The position numbers and the translations under genes are program-made. 64,000 bases of DNA, taken from positions 2,108,001-2,172,000 of the forward strand of contig NC_092671.1 in assembly GCF_964355755.1 (NCBI RefSeq). The letters are read 5' to 3'. The notes under the pieces are model-generated. The model saw only the letters and a list, made by a program, of their open reading frames with translations. It did no database searches and was not told where the DNA came from. The DNA comes from Antedon mediterranea (Eukaryota > Animalia > Echinodermata). This document shows, in pieces, positions 63,060-64,000 of this stretch. Position 1 is the first letter of the stretch. Each line of letters starts with the position of its first letter.

Positions 63060-63535
63060 AATTGTCCAACACTGCATGCATTGTCCAATATTGCATGCAT
63101 TTTCCAATACTGCATGCATTGTCCAATACTGCATGCGTTGTCCAATACTGCATGCATTGTCGAATACTGCATGCATTGTCCAATACTGCATGCATTGTCC
63201 AATACTGCATGCATTGTCCAATACTGCATGCATTGTCCAATACTGCATGCATTGTCCAATACTGCATGCATTGTCCAATACTGCATGCATTGTCCAATAC
63301 TGCATGCATTGTCCAATACTGGATGCATGGTCCAATACTGGATGCATTGTCCAATACTGGATGCATTGTCCAATACTGCATGCATTGTCCAATACTGCAT
63401 GCATTGTCCAATACTGCATGCATTGTCCAATACTGCATGCATTGTCCAATACTGCATGCATTGTCCAATACTGCATGCATTGTCCAATACTGCATGCATT
63501 GTCCAATACTGCATGCATTGTCCAATACTGCATGA
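63060..63535. repeat. 19-bp minisatellite, ~25 copies
   Basis: Unit GCATTGTCCAATACTGCAT; junctions form the palindrome TGCATGCA. Confidence 0.97.
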
Positions 63536-64000
63536 ACTTTCCGTAAGTTGCAACCCCTGATTCCTGTATTGTAACTCAATCAATGTGGGGCAGTGCGGGA
63601 CCAATATCTATGCAAGTGTCAACAGCGCTTAAAATATACCTGGTCACTAATAGGAGTCACTAATAATTACAACTCATAGGTCACAAAAAACATGCTGGAT
63701 AATAGCCAGACTTTCTGTCCATTCTAGATTATGTACGGAAGGAAAGATATTCTCTACTATTTCCTATTGCTAGTGTTTCAATAAAGGTGCTCTCTTTATT
63801 CAGGTATTTTGTCATCACAATTAGCATGTAAGGTAAATAAAATAAACTTTCCTTAGCAGAAATCGGAATTTAATCATCTAAAAAATCTCAAATTCTTTGT
63901 ACTGTATGCTTTTTTCTGAAAACCATATGGTTTAAGGAGAATTGTATTATCATGATTTAGTTGTTGAAGTCGACGGAATCTAGGGCGGGGGAAAAACGGT

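Noticed and set aside
62974-63604. Six long Cys/His-rich ORFs
   Set aside because: Translation artefacts of a stop-free 19-bp minisatellite.
50222-64000. miR-26-like hairpin, which is intronic in vertebrate CTDSP genes
   Set aside because: No TTCAAGTAAT(C/T)CAGGATAGG-like sequence was seen; the relevant intron would lie further 3' and the family is vertebrate.

Overview
AT-rich, intron-containing animal genomic DNA. It is probably a non-vertebrate bilaterian, inferred from protein divergence and the MITE-dense landscape; the species cannot be determined here. Six spliced genes were reconstructed by hand: a DEPDC4/DEPDC7-like DEP+RhoGAP-like gene (+, 5' end outside the window); ACTR6/Arp6 (-, complete, ~393 aa); a giantin/GOLGB1-like golgin (+, 19 coding exons including a 5.5-kb exon, ~3070 aa, C-terminal TM anchor); an Aa_trans/AVT1-like amino-acid transporter (-, ~440 aa); an unnamed RWD-RWD-RING-H2 protein (+, ~328 aa); and the 5' exons of a CTDSP/SCP-like phosphatase (+, catalytic exons beyond the window). 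Introns and intergenic DNA hold many non-autonomous DNA transposons (Harbinger-, Tc1/mariner-, piggyBac-, hAT- and Helentron-like), minisatellites, LINE/SINE remnants, a decayed Penelope-type hammerhead and a CR1-group LINE with an uninterrupted ORF2. The most notable leads are: (1) a 2.5-kb TA-flanked DNA transposon whose core holds a divergent pair of candidate small-RNA units, a tRNA-like Pol III unit and a ~180-nt G-U-containing rod-like hairpin; (2) the uncharacterised FANCL/RNF25-like RWD-RING gene; (3) tail-to-tail DEPDC4-like/ACTR6 linkage as in human; (4) a full-length giantin in an apparently invertebrate genome. No CRISPR or prokaryotic system is present. All calls are by eye, without database searches.
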